A stretch of 64,000 nt of DNA from the human T2T-CHM13v2.0 reference genome, Homo sapiens: assembly GCF_009914755.1 (NCBI RefSeq), contig NC_060946.1. One strand, written 5' to 3'. The translations under genes were made by a program, and so were the position numbers. The stretch's first letter is position 1; each line of letters starts with the position of its first letter. Below are positions 18,601 to 36,041 of the stretch, in pieces. Under the pieces are notes generated by a model, which was not told the origin of the DNA, searched no databases, and was given only the letters and a program-made list of their open reading frames with translations.

Positions 18601-19214
18601 AAACAATAGTATTTGAAGATATAGCCCATTTCATCTGGTAGCTAGCTGTATGTGTCTGCTCAGCTGTGGATAGATATTTATGCTGTTTCTGAACTGGAGG
18701 TTACTGGTATTCTCTAAGGTATAGGAAAATTGATCTTATGTGGCTAACTGAGGTGGATATAGTTGTATCAGTCAGACAGTAATGATATAATCATGATAGT
18801 TTACATTTAACACAACTTACATGTGTTATACTTTAGAAAGCACTTCATAGATATTATTACTTCATACCATTTTCCCCTTACCATATTTGTCTCTCCTTTC
18901 TCTGCTGACTTCACAAAATGTCTGTTCCACACTACTCAGTTCATCTCCTTATTTTGTCAAAATTTTAAGTATCAGAGTCTCCAAAAAAAAAATTCCAGAC
19001 AAGTCTCATCAGCTTTCGGTCATTGATTAATCGATGCTCTTAGAGGGTTTCCCTTCCCCTTCTCAATTTAACATAGCTTCCCAATTCACTTGCCAGTAAA
19101 ACAACGTTGTTTATATGGTTTTTATTTCTTCCTGCTGAATTATGAACATTTTTTCATATTGACATTGATTTCCATCTGGCCATGAAATACTCAAGGTGAA
19201 GAAAATGAAACAAA

Positions 19215-19440
19215 ATTGTTAATATTTATCAAGAGCCAGGTACTGTTTTCAGTGTCCTAGAAGCATAAACTAGTGTAATGCTCACCAGCTCATATGAGAG
19301 GCAAAAATGGATGAAACTATAAAACCAAGACACAGAGAGTTAAGGGAAATTTCCCAAGATCACACAGCCACTGAGGCTATGAACTAGATTTTGACTTCAG
19401 GCTGTTTACCCCAGAACCTGTGCTTTCATCCGTCATTTGT
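19215..19440 (-). mobile_element. MIR
   Basis: MIR core 'cacagagagttaagggaaatttcccaagatcacacagc'. Confidence 0.6.
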
Positions 19441-22400
19441 ACTGCTTCCCTAAATTACACTTGAGTACACTGTGACATCAAATTTCACCTATGACACTGA
19501 TTATCTGGGGAACTTTGCAACTTATTCTGAATATGACTCAGTTTTCTTTTCTGTACAGAGGTAAAGTCAGTATATACTCCATAGATTTGTTATAAGGATT
19601 ATATGAAATGACACAAGAGAAGGCTTTAAAAGGACTTGGAAAGCAATAAGCTTTTTTGTTTTCAATCATTTTTCAATAGGTTATCAGTGTTGTGAATGGT
19701 TCATGAAAAATGACTTTGGGCTCAGTGAGTAACTGAAATGTTGTTGTTTAATAGTGTGTTTAATATTAATATAATAGTAAGAAATGTTGTTATTGTTGAG
19801 TAATAGTTATTTGGCTTTTCGCTGCTTTTCTTTTCTAGTGTTTTAGTCAGAGACTTCTTAAGTCTCCTCAAGTGTGTACACATTTCTTAAATTTGTTGGA
19901 AAGTACCAAATTTAAGATATCTTGCATTTTTTTTCTTCCTTAGTAAACACTAAATTCCATCACACAGCAGAAAAAGGGCTCTGTTATTGTCGGTACAATG
20001 GTTTAATATTCACTTTTATTCCCTATATCATAGTTCTGATTTAATTACTATTTAGAATAAAACTTGTTCCTTATTATATGCATTCATAATTATAAAATTT
20101 GTGTTTTAATGCCTTCTACAAATATACTGTGCTTTTCTTTATTTCCTTATATCTTTTACTGTTGTATGATCCTGGTATTTGAAATCTCATTAAGTGTTGT
20201 TTGGGGATTTGCTGGGAATGTCATCTACATAGTAATGTCTCAAGTTTGTAGCATCTTTAAAACATAATAGGAGACGGAATTCACAGCAGAGTAATAAGCC
20301 TCCCACTTTAGGCAATATATTTGTGATTGACATGACTTTGTTCCCAGAGGGCAGTTAGCAACACAATATTATGGCTATGTGTACAAGGAAAACAAATTTT
20401 AAAAATCTCCTTTAAAAAAAACAGTTCCCAATCCTAACCAGTATCATGCACAGAATCCGTTTCCACCTCTTCATATGGAAGCAGCTCTGGGTGGACATCT
20501 AGAAAGTTGGATAACTATTTATCACATATGATCTGCAAAGGGAGAGATTTACAAGAAAGTATTAAATTTGATCCATAGGAAAGCAAAATCAAAAATCAAT
20601 GAATTTTCCATTTGTAGTTTTCCCTAGGGGCTCTAATCTCAAGATGGCTTAAATGCATTAGAATTCAATGACTAGGCACAATTGTTTGTTAGTGACATAA
20701 AAGCAAGGTAAGCATTTCTGCTTTATGAGTCCAAGCACAGGGACACTTGGTTTTCTTTGGAAGGATATCATAAAGGCAATGTTTATGAGTAATCCCTCAT
20801 TGTCTTTTCTTCTGTAACATTCAATGCTATGTACTAAAATTTAGAAATGAAAACTACTTAAAGACCACCTGCTAAGTTTCATGTATTTCAAATTCTCAGA
20901 TCCTGAGTGTTTAAATATGTCTGTATTTCTTCATGAAAAAAACATAATCTTTGCCAAGTTAGAAAAAGAAAAACTCATATTCCCATTTTTAACTAAAGGT
21001 AATCAGAAATTTGGACAGTTTTTAGCCTTCAATACATTATGTAATTTGGGTAACAGGCTGAATAAAAGTAAGGAACTTCAGTTAAATTCAGAGAGAAGCT
21101 AGTAATTATTTCTAAGACTCAAATGTATAGAACAGATCTCTGATATTAAGGATAAGACCCTCAAAGGTGACACAAAATGGGTAATTGTGGGATTATTTTA
21201 GGAGGAATCATCATATATTCTTACTGCTATAAATACAGTCAAATGTCAGATAAATATACTCCACTGAAATGTTTTCTAGGAATGATGTTGGAACCAATGT
21301 TGATAATTTTGAAAGTCATGGAGAGGATTTCAGATGATAGAAGTCGGGCAATTATCCCAGGTTTAATAAATAAGCAAATGGTGAGTTCCAAAGCTGCTGT
21401 ATCAGTGAGCCTCATATTGATCCTGAGCACAATTTCCGAAAGGTCCATTAAATGGGTCTTTGGAGAGCACTTAGGATAAGAGGCTGGCAGCAGAGATTCA
21501 CTAAGAACAATGGTGCCAAGCTTGCCTCTTTGACATTGTTATCTGACTGATAAAGGTAGGCTATAGCGGTACACAATACAGATATTTCCAGGGTAAAGCT
21601 GTTGAGCTGCTGTAATTTTCCTTGCCTCTTCACTATCTTCTCCTATAGTTGACTCCCAAGGAAAAGATAGTTGACTTTTAATCTAGAAATGTATGTTAAT
21701 TGGCAAAAACAAACAAATGAAACCATAAAATATCCTTTAGGCTTCTCTCTGCTCAGTTATTAGATCATATGAATGTGCCCTTAGGAAACACAGAAGGCCC
21801 ACACTATTATAGAGACAAATTTCTTACATTTTCTGCTGTTTAATGCTCTTCAAAAGACTTACCATACTTCACTAATTTGATTACCAACTACTTGAACACA
21901 GGGACCAATGTGTTTATTAAAAATTTTGCATATTATGAGGGCATTAACTTTTAATTATTCAATTGTTAAGACAATGCATATTATTATAAACCATAGAAGG
22001 CACACTTATTACCTCCTTAAGAACCAGTCTCTATTTCTCTGGTTCATAGATCTCCAAGGTTATAGAGGGATTGGACATTTGTGTCTTCAATTGGCCCTCT
22101 TCAGCCCTAGGATAAATAGTGATTAATCTAAGCCAATGGTTTTCGGCTCTGTCTGACCCAATGCCTCTACTTCATAAGAAATTCTTCAAAGACCCCTTCG
22201 CTATTCTAAATTATTAGTGAGAACACAATGTATGCATTCAAGTTGTTGAAAATATTAATGTTATGCTGAAGCTAACAAAGGAGAAATAATTTACTGTCAA
22301 TATATAATCCAAAATGTATATAATTGTGCCAGAACATTTACATATCAAATACAATAGAACATAATGAAATTTTCATATCTTCGCCCATACCTTGAAACAT

Positions 22401-22724
22401 TGTAAATAAAAAGTTACAAATATAGTTTCATTGAATAACCAAATGCCAAAACTGCCATTTCTATTGTTGACATGATTGAACTGCATTGGTAAATGTAATA
22501 GATACTTTCTGTTTGGCCCTTGTCCCCTGTTATACTCCCCTATTTACTGGCTTTTGTCCAAGTGGAATGGTCCATATTGAATATCTCCATCGGTTCCCTT
22601 GCTCATTGCCTTCTATGCATGTTCATGAGATTAAAGGGAAGGAGGAAATGGGATTGGGGGTTATTGCCTAAACTCCCTCTCTGCTAGGTCTCCTGGACCA
22701 ATCTTTTTCATAAGAAAATTAGTG

Positions 22725-23038
22725 GGCCGGGCGCGGTGGCTCACGCCTGTAATCCCAGCACTTTGGGAGGCCGAGGCGGGTGGATCATGAGGTCAGGAGA
22801 TCGAGACCATCCTGGCTAACAAGGTGAAACCCCGTCTCTACTAAAAATACAAAAAAAATTAGCCGGGCGCGGTGGCGGGCGCCTGTAGTCCCAGCTACTC
22901 AGGAGGCTGAGGCAGGAGAATGGCGTGAACCCGGGAAGCGGAGCTTGCAGTGAGCCGAGATTGCGCCACTGCAGTCCGCAGTCCCGCCTGGGCGACAGAG
23001 CGAGACTCCGTCTCAAAAAAAAAAAAAAAAAAAAAAAA
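22725..23038 (+). mobile_element. AluYb8, full length
   Basis: Yb8 diagnostics: 7-bp duplication (gcagtccgcagtcc), ggtggatcatgagg, ctaacaaggtg, gggaagcgg. CpGs nearly intact. 13-bp TSD aagaaaattagtg (22712-22724 and 23039-23051). Confidence 0.97.
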
Positions 23039-23764
23039 AAGAAAATTAGTGTTTCCTTCTGTGATCAGGGCAGTTTACTCCCCAGAACTCTGCCTGCCAC
23101 TGCTAAACCAGAGTTATTGTGGGGTGTGATTTCTGTGATTCCTTCACCCTTCTCCCCTGACATTTTCGTAAGTAGTCTCTTTGGAAATAAACCCAAGTTA
23201 AATTATCTTAGTTTGTGTGTGTTCTATTTTTCCTATTGAGACTCTGAAATGAGTATCTAAATGAAAAAATCTACCATCTTTTCTCATATACATAGTAGTT
23301 TCATTCTTGCAAAATTCATGGCATATTAAAACCATGCGAAAGTACTTGGCACTTAGGCAGTTACATTTGGGATTGTATAATTAAACAAAGCAGGTTATTC
23401 ACCTTCATTACATTAGAAAGTCATTCAGGACATACAGCAATCCTTAATTAGGAGCGGCTATCCCATGTTACTGGACATATGGCATCCCTGTTTTCCAATC
23501 CTTAAAGTTTTTCCTTAAAGTTCCAAAATGCCGTCACTTATTATTTCCTGCCATTGAATTTTGTCACATGAAGTTGTAAGGCTGGGAATGCCATAGCCAT
23601 CTTGAAAACATAGGTAGAAAGATAAGATAATCACAAAGAAGTGGATCATGTTGAATTAACTAAACATTGATACCATCTATTTGTTGTGCGATTTGGTCAA
23701 AGTTGCTCCTTGTTTTTTTCTTCAATTAGTTGACTATTCTGTTACTTGAAGCTAAAAACATTTT

Positions 23765-24073
<309 letters not shown>

Positions 24074-24176
24074 AAAAACATTTTAACCAATAGCAAAGCA
24101 CATTATTTCATTATATTTTTTCAAAAGTTGCCAGTAATTTCAATTAAAAATATTATATAACATGTTTAATGCAATA

Positions 24177-24521
24177 CAAATGCTTTTCAATGTACAATGG
24201 GGTTAAGTCTTGATAAGCTGATTATAAATTGAAAATACAGTAAGTTAAAAATGTATTTAATATCTAACTTACTGAATATCACAGCTTAGCCTGGCATACC
24301 TTTAATGTGCTCAGAACACTTACATCAGCTGACAATTGGGCAAAATCGTTGAATACAAAACCTGCTTTATAATAAAGTATTGGATATTTTATGTAATTTG
24401 TTGAATATTGTACTGAAAGTGAAAAGCAGAATGGTTATATTCTATTCAAAGCTATCACTTTTGCTTCATCATAAAGTAAAAAAAATCATAAATTGAAGCA
24501 TTATCAGTTGTTGACCATCTG
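24177..24521. mobile_element. MER47A-like (Tigger family) DNA transposon remnant
   Basis: 'caatggggtta...agcttagcctggcatacctttaatgtgctcagaacacttacat...gaccatctg'. Confidence 0.75.
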
Positions 24522-24646
24522 TGTATATGTATGTGTGTGTGTACCTATATAAACATGTATGTTTATATATATATTTGTGTGTGCATATAACCTCGGTGTG
24601 TGTGTATGTGTGTTTGAGAGTGTGTGTGTGTGTGTGTGTGTGTGTA
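24520..24646. repeat. (TG)n/(TA)n compound microsatellite
   Basis: Alternating purine-pyrimidine tract ending in a pure (TG)n run at about 24621-24644. Confidence 0.85.
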
Positions 24647-25995
24647 TGAAATTGTAGGGAAGTAAAATTTCTTATCTTATAGATATAGCATGTTAACATG
24701 TTGGTACCTATCCTCCTGAGATGTAAAATTTTACATGGATAGATGTGTACATTTACAGTTGTACACAAAGAGAAACATATTCTGTAGGCTCTTTGTTTTT
24801 CTGCAGTTTCATTCAACACTATCTGGTTTATATGGGTGATTACATATATAATGCTAGGATTAAGGTTCTTCTCTATAACTTTGAAACTTCCTTGATTATC
24901 AACCCTTGGTATATTCTTAGAATAGGATTTTATTTTAGAATTAAGATCCTTGTTTCAGGACTCTAGACTGTTAACACACAGAGCCAATAATTATTCAGAA
25001 TGGTTGGGTTAGTTCACATTCCCACAGAGGAGACATCAAATGTCCAGGCTGCACAGCCTCATTAACACTAGATTTTCTGGACATTTTATATAGTATTTCA
25101 TCTGATATAAAAAGTAGAATTCTAATTTGATTATGGCTGTTAATTTATTTTTACATTTTTAGTCATTATGAAAATGTTTTACTATATGAAAAGCCAGGAA
25201 AGGGTTTTTTTTTTAAGGTAGTACTTCAGAAATATTTATGATACTTAATTTTTAAAAATTAACTCTAAAAGAATCTTGAAATGTCTGTTTAATAAAATAG
25301 GACATAAATACTGGTCACATTAGTGAAAAATATTTGTTTAAAATTAAAATATCTGCAGCAATCCTGTAGATATTAATAAGTTTTTAAAGAATGACATCTT
25401 CAAAATATAACTGTTCTAAACTAATATGTCTCCATTAATACATATAGATACATATATCTAAATAAATTTGAAGACTTCAAATTCCAGGTACAATATAATT
25501 TTTTTCTATCCTTTGATTTGTCATTCAGGATTTTGTAATTTGAACAGAAATATTTTGCCCTAACCACATGTCTGTCTTTTCTCTTACTAAAAATATTATT
25601 TTATGTAAAATTGTTTTAAAGGTCAGTTAGCACGTTTGAAAAGCATCTTGTACAATGTTACATAATATATTGCATATTTGGTTACATTGTTTTAACTGTG
25701 TAAATATGGTTTAAATCTGTGATGCTCTTTAGTGCTGATCATGATGCAAATCAAATTTATCTTTATAAAAGGCTCCTGTTAATTTTTTTTATTATACTTT
25801 AAGTTTTAGGGTACATGTGCACAACGTGCAGGTTTGCTACATATGTACACATGTGCCATGTTGGTGTGCTGCACCCATTAACTCCTCATTTAACATTAGG
25901 TATATCTCCTAATGCTATCCCTACCCCCTCCACCCACCCCACAACAGTCCCCGGTGTGTGATGTTCCCCTTCCTGTATCCATGTTTCCTCATTGT

Positions 25996-29816
<3,821 letters not shown>

Positions 29817-29879
29817 TATGACGTTAGCTGGTTATTTTCCTCGTTAGTTGATGCAGTTTCTTCCTAGCCTTGATGGTCT

Positions 29880-30897
29880 TTACAATTTGGCATGGTTTTA
29901 CAGTGGCTGGTACCAGTTGTTCCTTTCCATGTTTAGTGCTTCCTTCAGGAGATCTTTTAGGGCAGGCCTGGTGGTGACAAAATCTCTCAGCATTTGCTTG
30001 TCTGTGGAGCATATTATTTCTCCCTCACTTATGAAGGTTAGTTTGGCTGGATATGAAATTCTGGGTTGAAAATTCTTTCCTTTAAGAATGTTGAATATTG
30101 GCCCCTACTCTCTTCTGGCTTGTAGAGTTTCTGCAGAGAGATCAGCAGTTAGTCTGATGGGCTTCCTTTTGTGGGTAACCCGACCTTTCTCTCTGGCTGC
30201 CTTTAAAATTTTTTCTTTCATTTCAACTTTGGTGAATCTGACAATTATGTGTCTTGGAATTGCTCTTCTCTAGGAGTATCTTTGTGGCATTCTCTGTATT
30301 TCCTGAATGTGAATGTTGGCCTGCCTTGCTAGATTGGGGAAGTTCTCCTGGATAATATCCTGCAGAGTGTTTTCCAACTTGGTTCCATTCTCCCCGTCAC
30401 ATTCAGGTAAACCAAATAGACGTAGATTTGTTCTATTGACATAGTCCCATATTTCTTGGAGGCTTTGTTCATTTCTTTTTATTCTTTTTTCTCTAAACTT
30501 CTCTTCATGCTTCATTTCATTCATTTCATCTTCCATCGCTGATACCCTTTCTTCCCGTTGATCACATCGGTTACTGAGGCTTATGCATTTGTCGTGTAGT
30601 TCTCGTGCCATGGTTTTCAGCTCCATCAGGTCCTTTAAGGACTTCTCCACATTGGTTATTCTAGTTATCCATTCGTCTAATTTTTTTTTTCAAAATTTTT
30701 AACTTCTTTGCCATTGGTTCGAACTTCCTCCTTTAGCTCGGAGTACTTTGATCTTCTGAAGTCTTCCTCTCTCAACTCGTCAAAGTCATTCTCCGTCCAG
30801 CTTTGTTCCATTGCTGGTGAGGAGTTGCATTCCTTTGGAGGAGGATAGGCACTCTGATTTTTAGAGTTTCCAGTTTTTCTGCTCTTTTTTTCCCCAT
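29880..30897 (-). pseudogene. L1 ORF1, disrupted
   Basis: Fragment ...ERVSAMEDEMNEMK...SLQEIWDYV...DIIQENFPNLARQANI; ATG at 30897 and terminal TAA at 29880, with an internal stop at 30270. Confidence 0.92.
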
Positions 30898-31476
30898 CTT
30901 TGTGGTTTTATCTACCTTTGGTCCTTGAAGATGGTGACATACAGATGGGGTTTTGGTGTGGATGTCCTTTCTGTTTGTTAGTTTTCCTTCTAACAGTCAG
31001 GACCCTCAGCTGCAGGTCTGTTGGAGTTTACTGGAGGTCTCCTCCAGACACTATTTGCCTGGGGGGTATCAGCAGTGGTGGCTGCAGAACAGTGGATATT
31101 GGTGAACTGCAAATGCTGCTGCCTGATCGTTCCTCTGGAGGTTTTGTCTCAGAGGGGTACCCGGCCATGTGAGGTGTCAGTCTGTGCCTACTGGGGGGTG
31201 CCTCCCTGTTAGGCTACTCGGGGTTCAGGGACCCACTAGGTGGGGGTTGTCTGCCCGTTCTCAGATCTCAAGCTGCATGCTGGGAGAACCACTATTCTCT
31301 TCAAAGCTGTCAGACAGGGACATTTAAGTCTGCAGAGGTTATTGCTGTCTTTTGTTGGTCTGTGCCCTGCCCCCCGAGGTGGAGCCTACAGAGGCAGGCT
31401 GGCCTCCTTGAGCTGTGGTGGGCTCCACCCAGTTCGAACTTCCTGGCTGCTTTGTTTACTTACTCAAGCCCGAGCA

Positions 31477-31659
31477 ATGGCGGGCGCCCCTCCCCCAGCC
31501 CAACTGTTACCTTGCAGTTTGATCTCAGACTGCTGTGCTAGCAAACAGCAAGGCTCCGGGGGTGTAGGACCCTCCAAGCCAGGTGCTGGATATAATCTCC
31601 TGGTGTGCCATTTGATAAGCCTGTTGGAAAAGCGCAATATTAGGGTGGGAGTGACCTGA
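31477..31659 (+). pseudogene. L1 antisense ORF0 homologue, truncated to 60 aa
   Basis: MAGAPPPAQLLPCSLISDCCAS...EKRNIRVGVT* matches primate L1 ORF0; the stop TGA sits at the Arg codon of the expected T-R-F-S-R-C continuation (tga ttt tcc agg tgc). Confidence 0.85.
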
Positions 31660-33271
31660 TTTTCCAGGTGCCATCTGTCACCCCTTTCTTTGACTAGGAA
31701 AGGGAATTCCCTGACCCATTGTGCTTCCCAGGTGAGGTGATGCCTTGCCCTGCTATGGCTCATGCATGGTGCGCTGCACCCACTGTCCAGCACTCCCCAG
31801 TGAGATGAACCTGGTATCTCAGTTGGAAATGCAGAAATCACCCGTCTTCTGCATCACTCACGCTGGGAGCTGTAGACTGGGGCTGTTCCTATTCGGCCAT
31901 CTTGGCTCCACCCTCTAATTTTTAACTTTCAAAAGATTAGATACATTTACCCTCTTCTGAATTTTAATTCCTGATGGAAAGATTGTGAAATCTCAAGAGG
32001 ATAATGAATCAGCTTCTGATTATATTCTGGAATTGAGATTTGATCACACATCCAAGAATGCGTATTCACTTTCCTTTACATTACACACATGCATAATACC
32101 ATGCTGAGTGATGCTGGAAAAAGTGAGTCTTCAGTAATGCCCTCATGAAATTACAGTCTCACTACACTGAGGTATTTTCTTTTTAACCCTTTCTTTCTTT
32201 TCTGTTGTGAATATGTGCCTTCTAAGAGGTGAACAACGGGAAAAACTGAAAAAGAACCTTCATCTAATTCAGTAACTAGCTTTTGTATCTTCTAAGAATT
32301 TTTATCTCCAGAAAGCTCTAATTTTCATTCCTTTACAAGCTTTATTTCTCTCTCCTTTCCAACACCAGACTTTGCTCTGTTTGTTTTCTATATCTTTTTT
32401 AGAGATGCCTACAATAGAAAAAAACTATGACATATTCAATACATCTGAAAAGTTTGCATTACCATAGATAAGAATGAATTATCTGTTTATAAAGAAAAAA
32501 CAATAAAAATATGAACCAAGAAAGCACAGAAGGTAGTAACCACATTTAGATGTTTATCATGGAATCATCTTTATAATCCATCTGTTACAATTCCACACAG
32601 CAAATTACAAGTAATTGTGAAGTTTCCCCTCATTTTATAGGTTTGGTCTTATAAGGCATACAACACAAATTTTAATTACTTTTCATTTTGGTATTTGGAT
32701 CTTAATTTGGTCAAGTGGCCACTGGGTAGATGATGGAGACTCTTGAGACATGCAGTCTTCTTCTAGCTTTGTTGATGTGAATATTACTGTGTATTTTTCA
32801 TTCACTTATTATTTTACAAGGCATGCTTCATTAAAAATATATCAGCATCTCATTGACAAATCACAAAATTTAAAAGGCACCAGAAAAAAACAATTTATTT
32901 AAAACATTCCTGTGTAAAAGTAGTCACCACTCTTACTATTCTTCAAATATTTTTGTTATATTTAAACGCAAGCCTAGTTTTATCTCGAGTGTCTGACCTT
33001 GATGATATTGTACACTTTAAACTTAGAAAAATTGAACTCTATTGGAAATTTCCTACAGATCAGCTTTTCTAGATGCCAAGCGCCTTGTTTCAGCCATGGT
33101 GATGACAGCAAATTGTGTTCTCAGGGATTCTGGCCTCTGGCATCATCTCAGTTGTTTATAATTGAAGTTGGGTCTGATGAGAATGCAGCTTAGATGCATG
33201 GTGGGACTGCTGGGCTTAAGGCTGGCCTGCCAGGAGGTTGCATTGAGGTGTAACTAGGCAAAGAAAGAAGG

Positions 33272-33717
33272 AGTTTATTGAGGCACTACTGACAATAGCA
33301 AAGACTTGGAACCAACACAAATATCCAACAATGATAGACTGGATTAAGAAAATGTGGCACATAAACACCATGGAATACTATGCAGCCATAAAAATGATGA
33401 GTTCATGTCCTTTGTAGGGACATGGATGAAGCTGGAAACCATCATTCTCAGCAAACTATCACAAGGACAAAAAAACACCGCATGTTCTCACTCATAGGTG
33501 GGAATTAAACAATGAGAACACATGGACACAGGAAGAGGAACAGCACACACTGGGGCCTGTTGTGGGGTGAGGGGCTAGGGGAGGGAAAGCATTAGGATAT
33601 ATACCTAATGTAAATGACGAGTTAATGGGTGCAGCACACCAACATGTCACATATATACATCTGAAACAAACCTGCATGTTGTGCACATGTACCCTAGAAC
33701 TTAAAGTATAACAAAAA
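33272..33717 (+). mobile_element. L1PA5-like 3' fragment
   Basis: ORF2 end and 3' UTR ending ccctagaacttaaagtataac(A)n; TSD aaagaagg(a/g)gtt (33264-33275 and 33718-33729). Confidence 0.9.
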
Positions 33718-35309
33718 AAAGAAGGGGTTGGGCAAAATTACCAACAATCTTCAACTATGAATTTGTATGAGTAGGGGCTTCCCACACCATCAGGCACTCC
33801 AAGTTGGAGAAACAAGGGATGTTGAATTGAAAGTTTAATTTTTTAGGCTTGATAGTCAGATTAGGGAAGTTTTGGGTACACCTTTCCCACTCTAGAGCCC
33901 TCTCCCTAACTCAGGGCCAATTTGGGGCATGGGCTCAGTGGAAAAGAGTGCCAAGATCAATTAGAAATATCCATCATGAACATAGGAGGCAGGCATTCTG
34001 GCCAAGGGGGTGCGTCTTCCCACTTTGTAATCCAGAGTGCGATTTCTTCTTGCTATCTGTCCCTCCATAAATAAGCGTTGGGTGAAGGACAAGCTAGTTA
34101 CCATTGAGGATGGAATGAAATTCTACCAGAATTGCAAAATGAACTGAGAGCCACGAAAGTGTTCCTCTGTGAACCAGCAGAGAGATCTGTGGAAGGCAAA
34201 GGAAGAGGAGCCAAGAGGCCAGATAACATTCCTGCTTCCCCTACATTGTGAGAATGAAATTGTCAGCAACCTATATCAGTAATTAACCAGAGGCTTTTTA
34301 GAGAGTAAGACTTCTGATAGATACCTCAATAGCTGAAGTTGCTCTTCAGTACTGCATATAACCTGTGGACAGATTTTCATCATTATTAATTCATTTATTC
34401 AACAGATAGATATTAAATTCAAGGCATAGTTCTAAACTATGCAGTCAATTACAAAAAAATAATAATGAAGGACATTAGCTCTGCCTCATAGGACGTTAAA
34501 ACTCTAGCTGCTAAATGAGACAAATAGGGTTCCCACATCAAGTGCCTGGGCTCCTGTTATAAACTGGACTCTGCTTCCATTGGCTTCTCTTGTTTCTGTT
34601 TTGATAAACCCATCATTTGGCTTAGTCCCTACCCTTGCCATGCTCACCCACCAGTAGGTGGACCTCCTTGACCATAACTACAGACATAGATCTTTGATTG
34701 TTTCTTTTCAAATGTTTGCTTACTTTAGAGGTGCAGTCAAATGTTGTTTGGACCAGACTCTGAGGCTGTGTGTGGTTGAAACTGTCTTGAGACTCAAAGA
34801 GCTATTGAGGAAGGGATTTGATAGCTGAACTCTTTTGAAGATTTTCTCTGTCTCTCACACATCTGGGGCTGAATAGCTTAACGTTTAATTTCTACATCGA
34901 TGATAGTTTAATAGCCATTCATGCAAATCAGTTCTGCTGTGAGTTATTATCCTACTCCAATACCAACTAACGCATTCCTTAAATTTAGTGTACATATAAA
35001 TTCTACATGGTAAGTGAAGCTGTCTTTATGAATGGCTGCTATAGAATATACTAGATTGTGTAGGTTTTAGTACAATCCAGGTAATTATCAAGCCTTTGTA
35101 ATATTTTCAGGAAAGTGATCCTTTCACTTCAGTTTATGGAACTTGAAAATTTTTTAGTTGCCACCGACTAGTTAGATCATAAACTTAATTCTATGTATCT
35201 GAATTTATTTTTCTATTTATAAATTTATCTGGGTGCTTTCTCAAAGGTTTCCCAGATTAAAAACCTATGGCTTTGTAAAATTAAAACAGAAGTAATAGGA
35301 ATTGTGTTA

Positions 35310-35629
<320 letters not shown>

Positions 35630-35757
35630 AAAAAACAGAATCATACAATGAGAGAGATTGTATAGCCCTTTTAATTGTCCATAATGGATACATTTCTTTT
35701 TCTGTGTAATAGTTTATCAGCATGAAAAAAAAGAGTCACTGAACACTGATAATTTTC

Positions 35758-36041
<284 letters not shown>

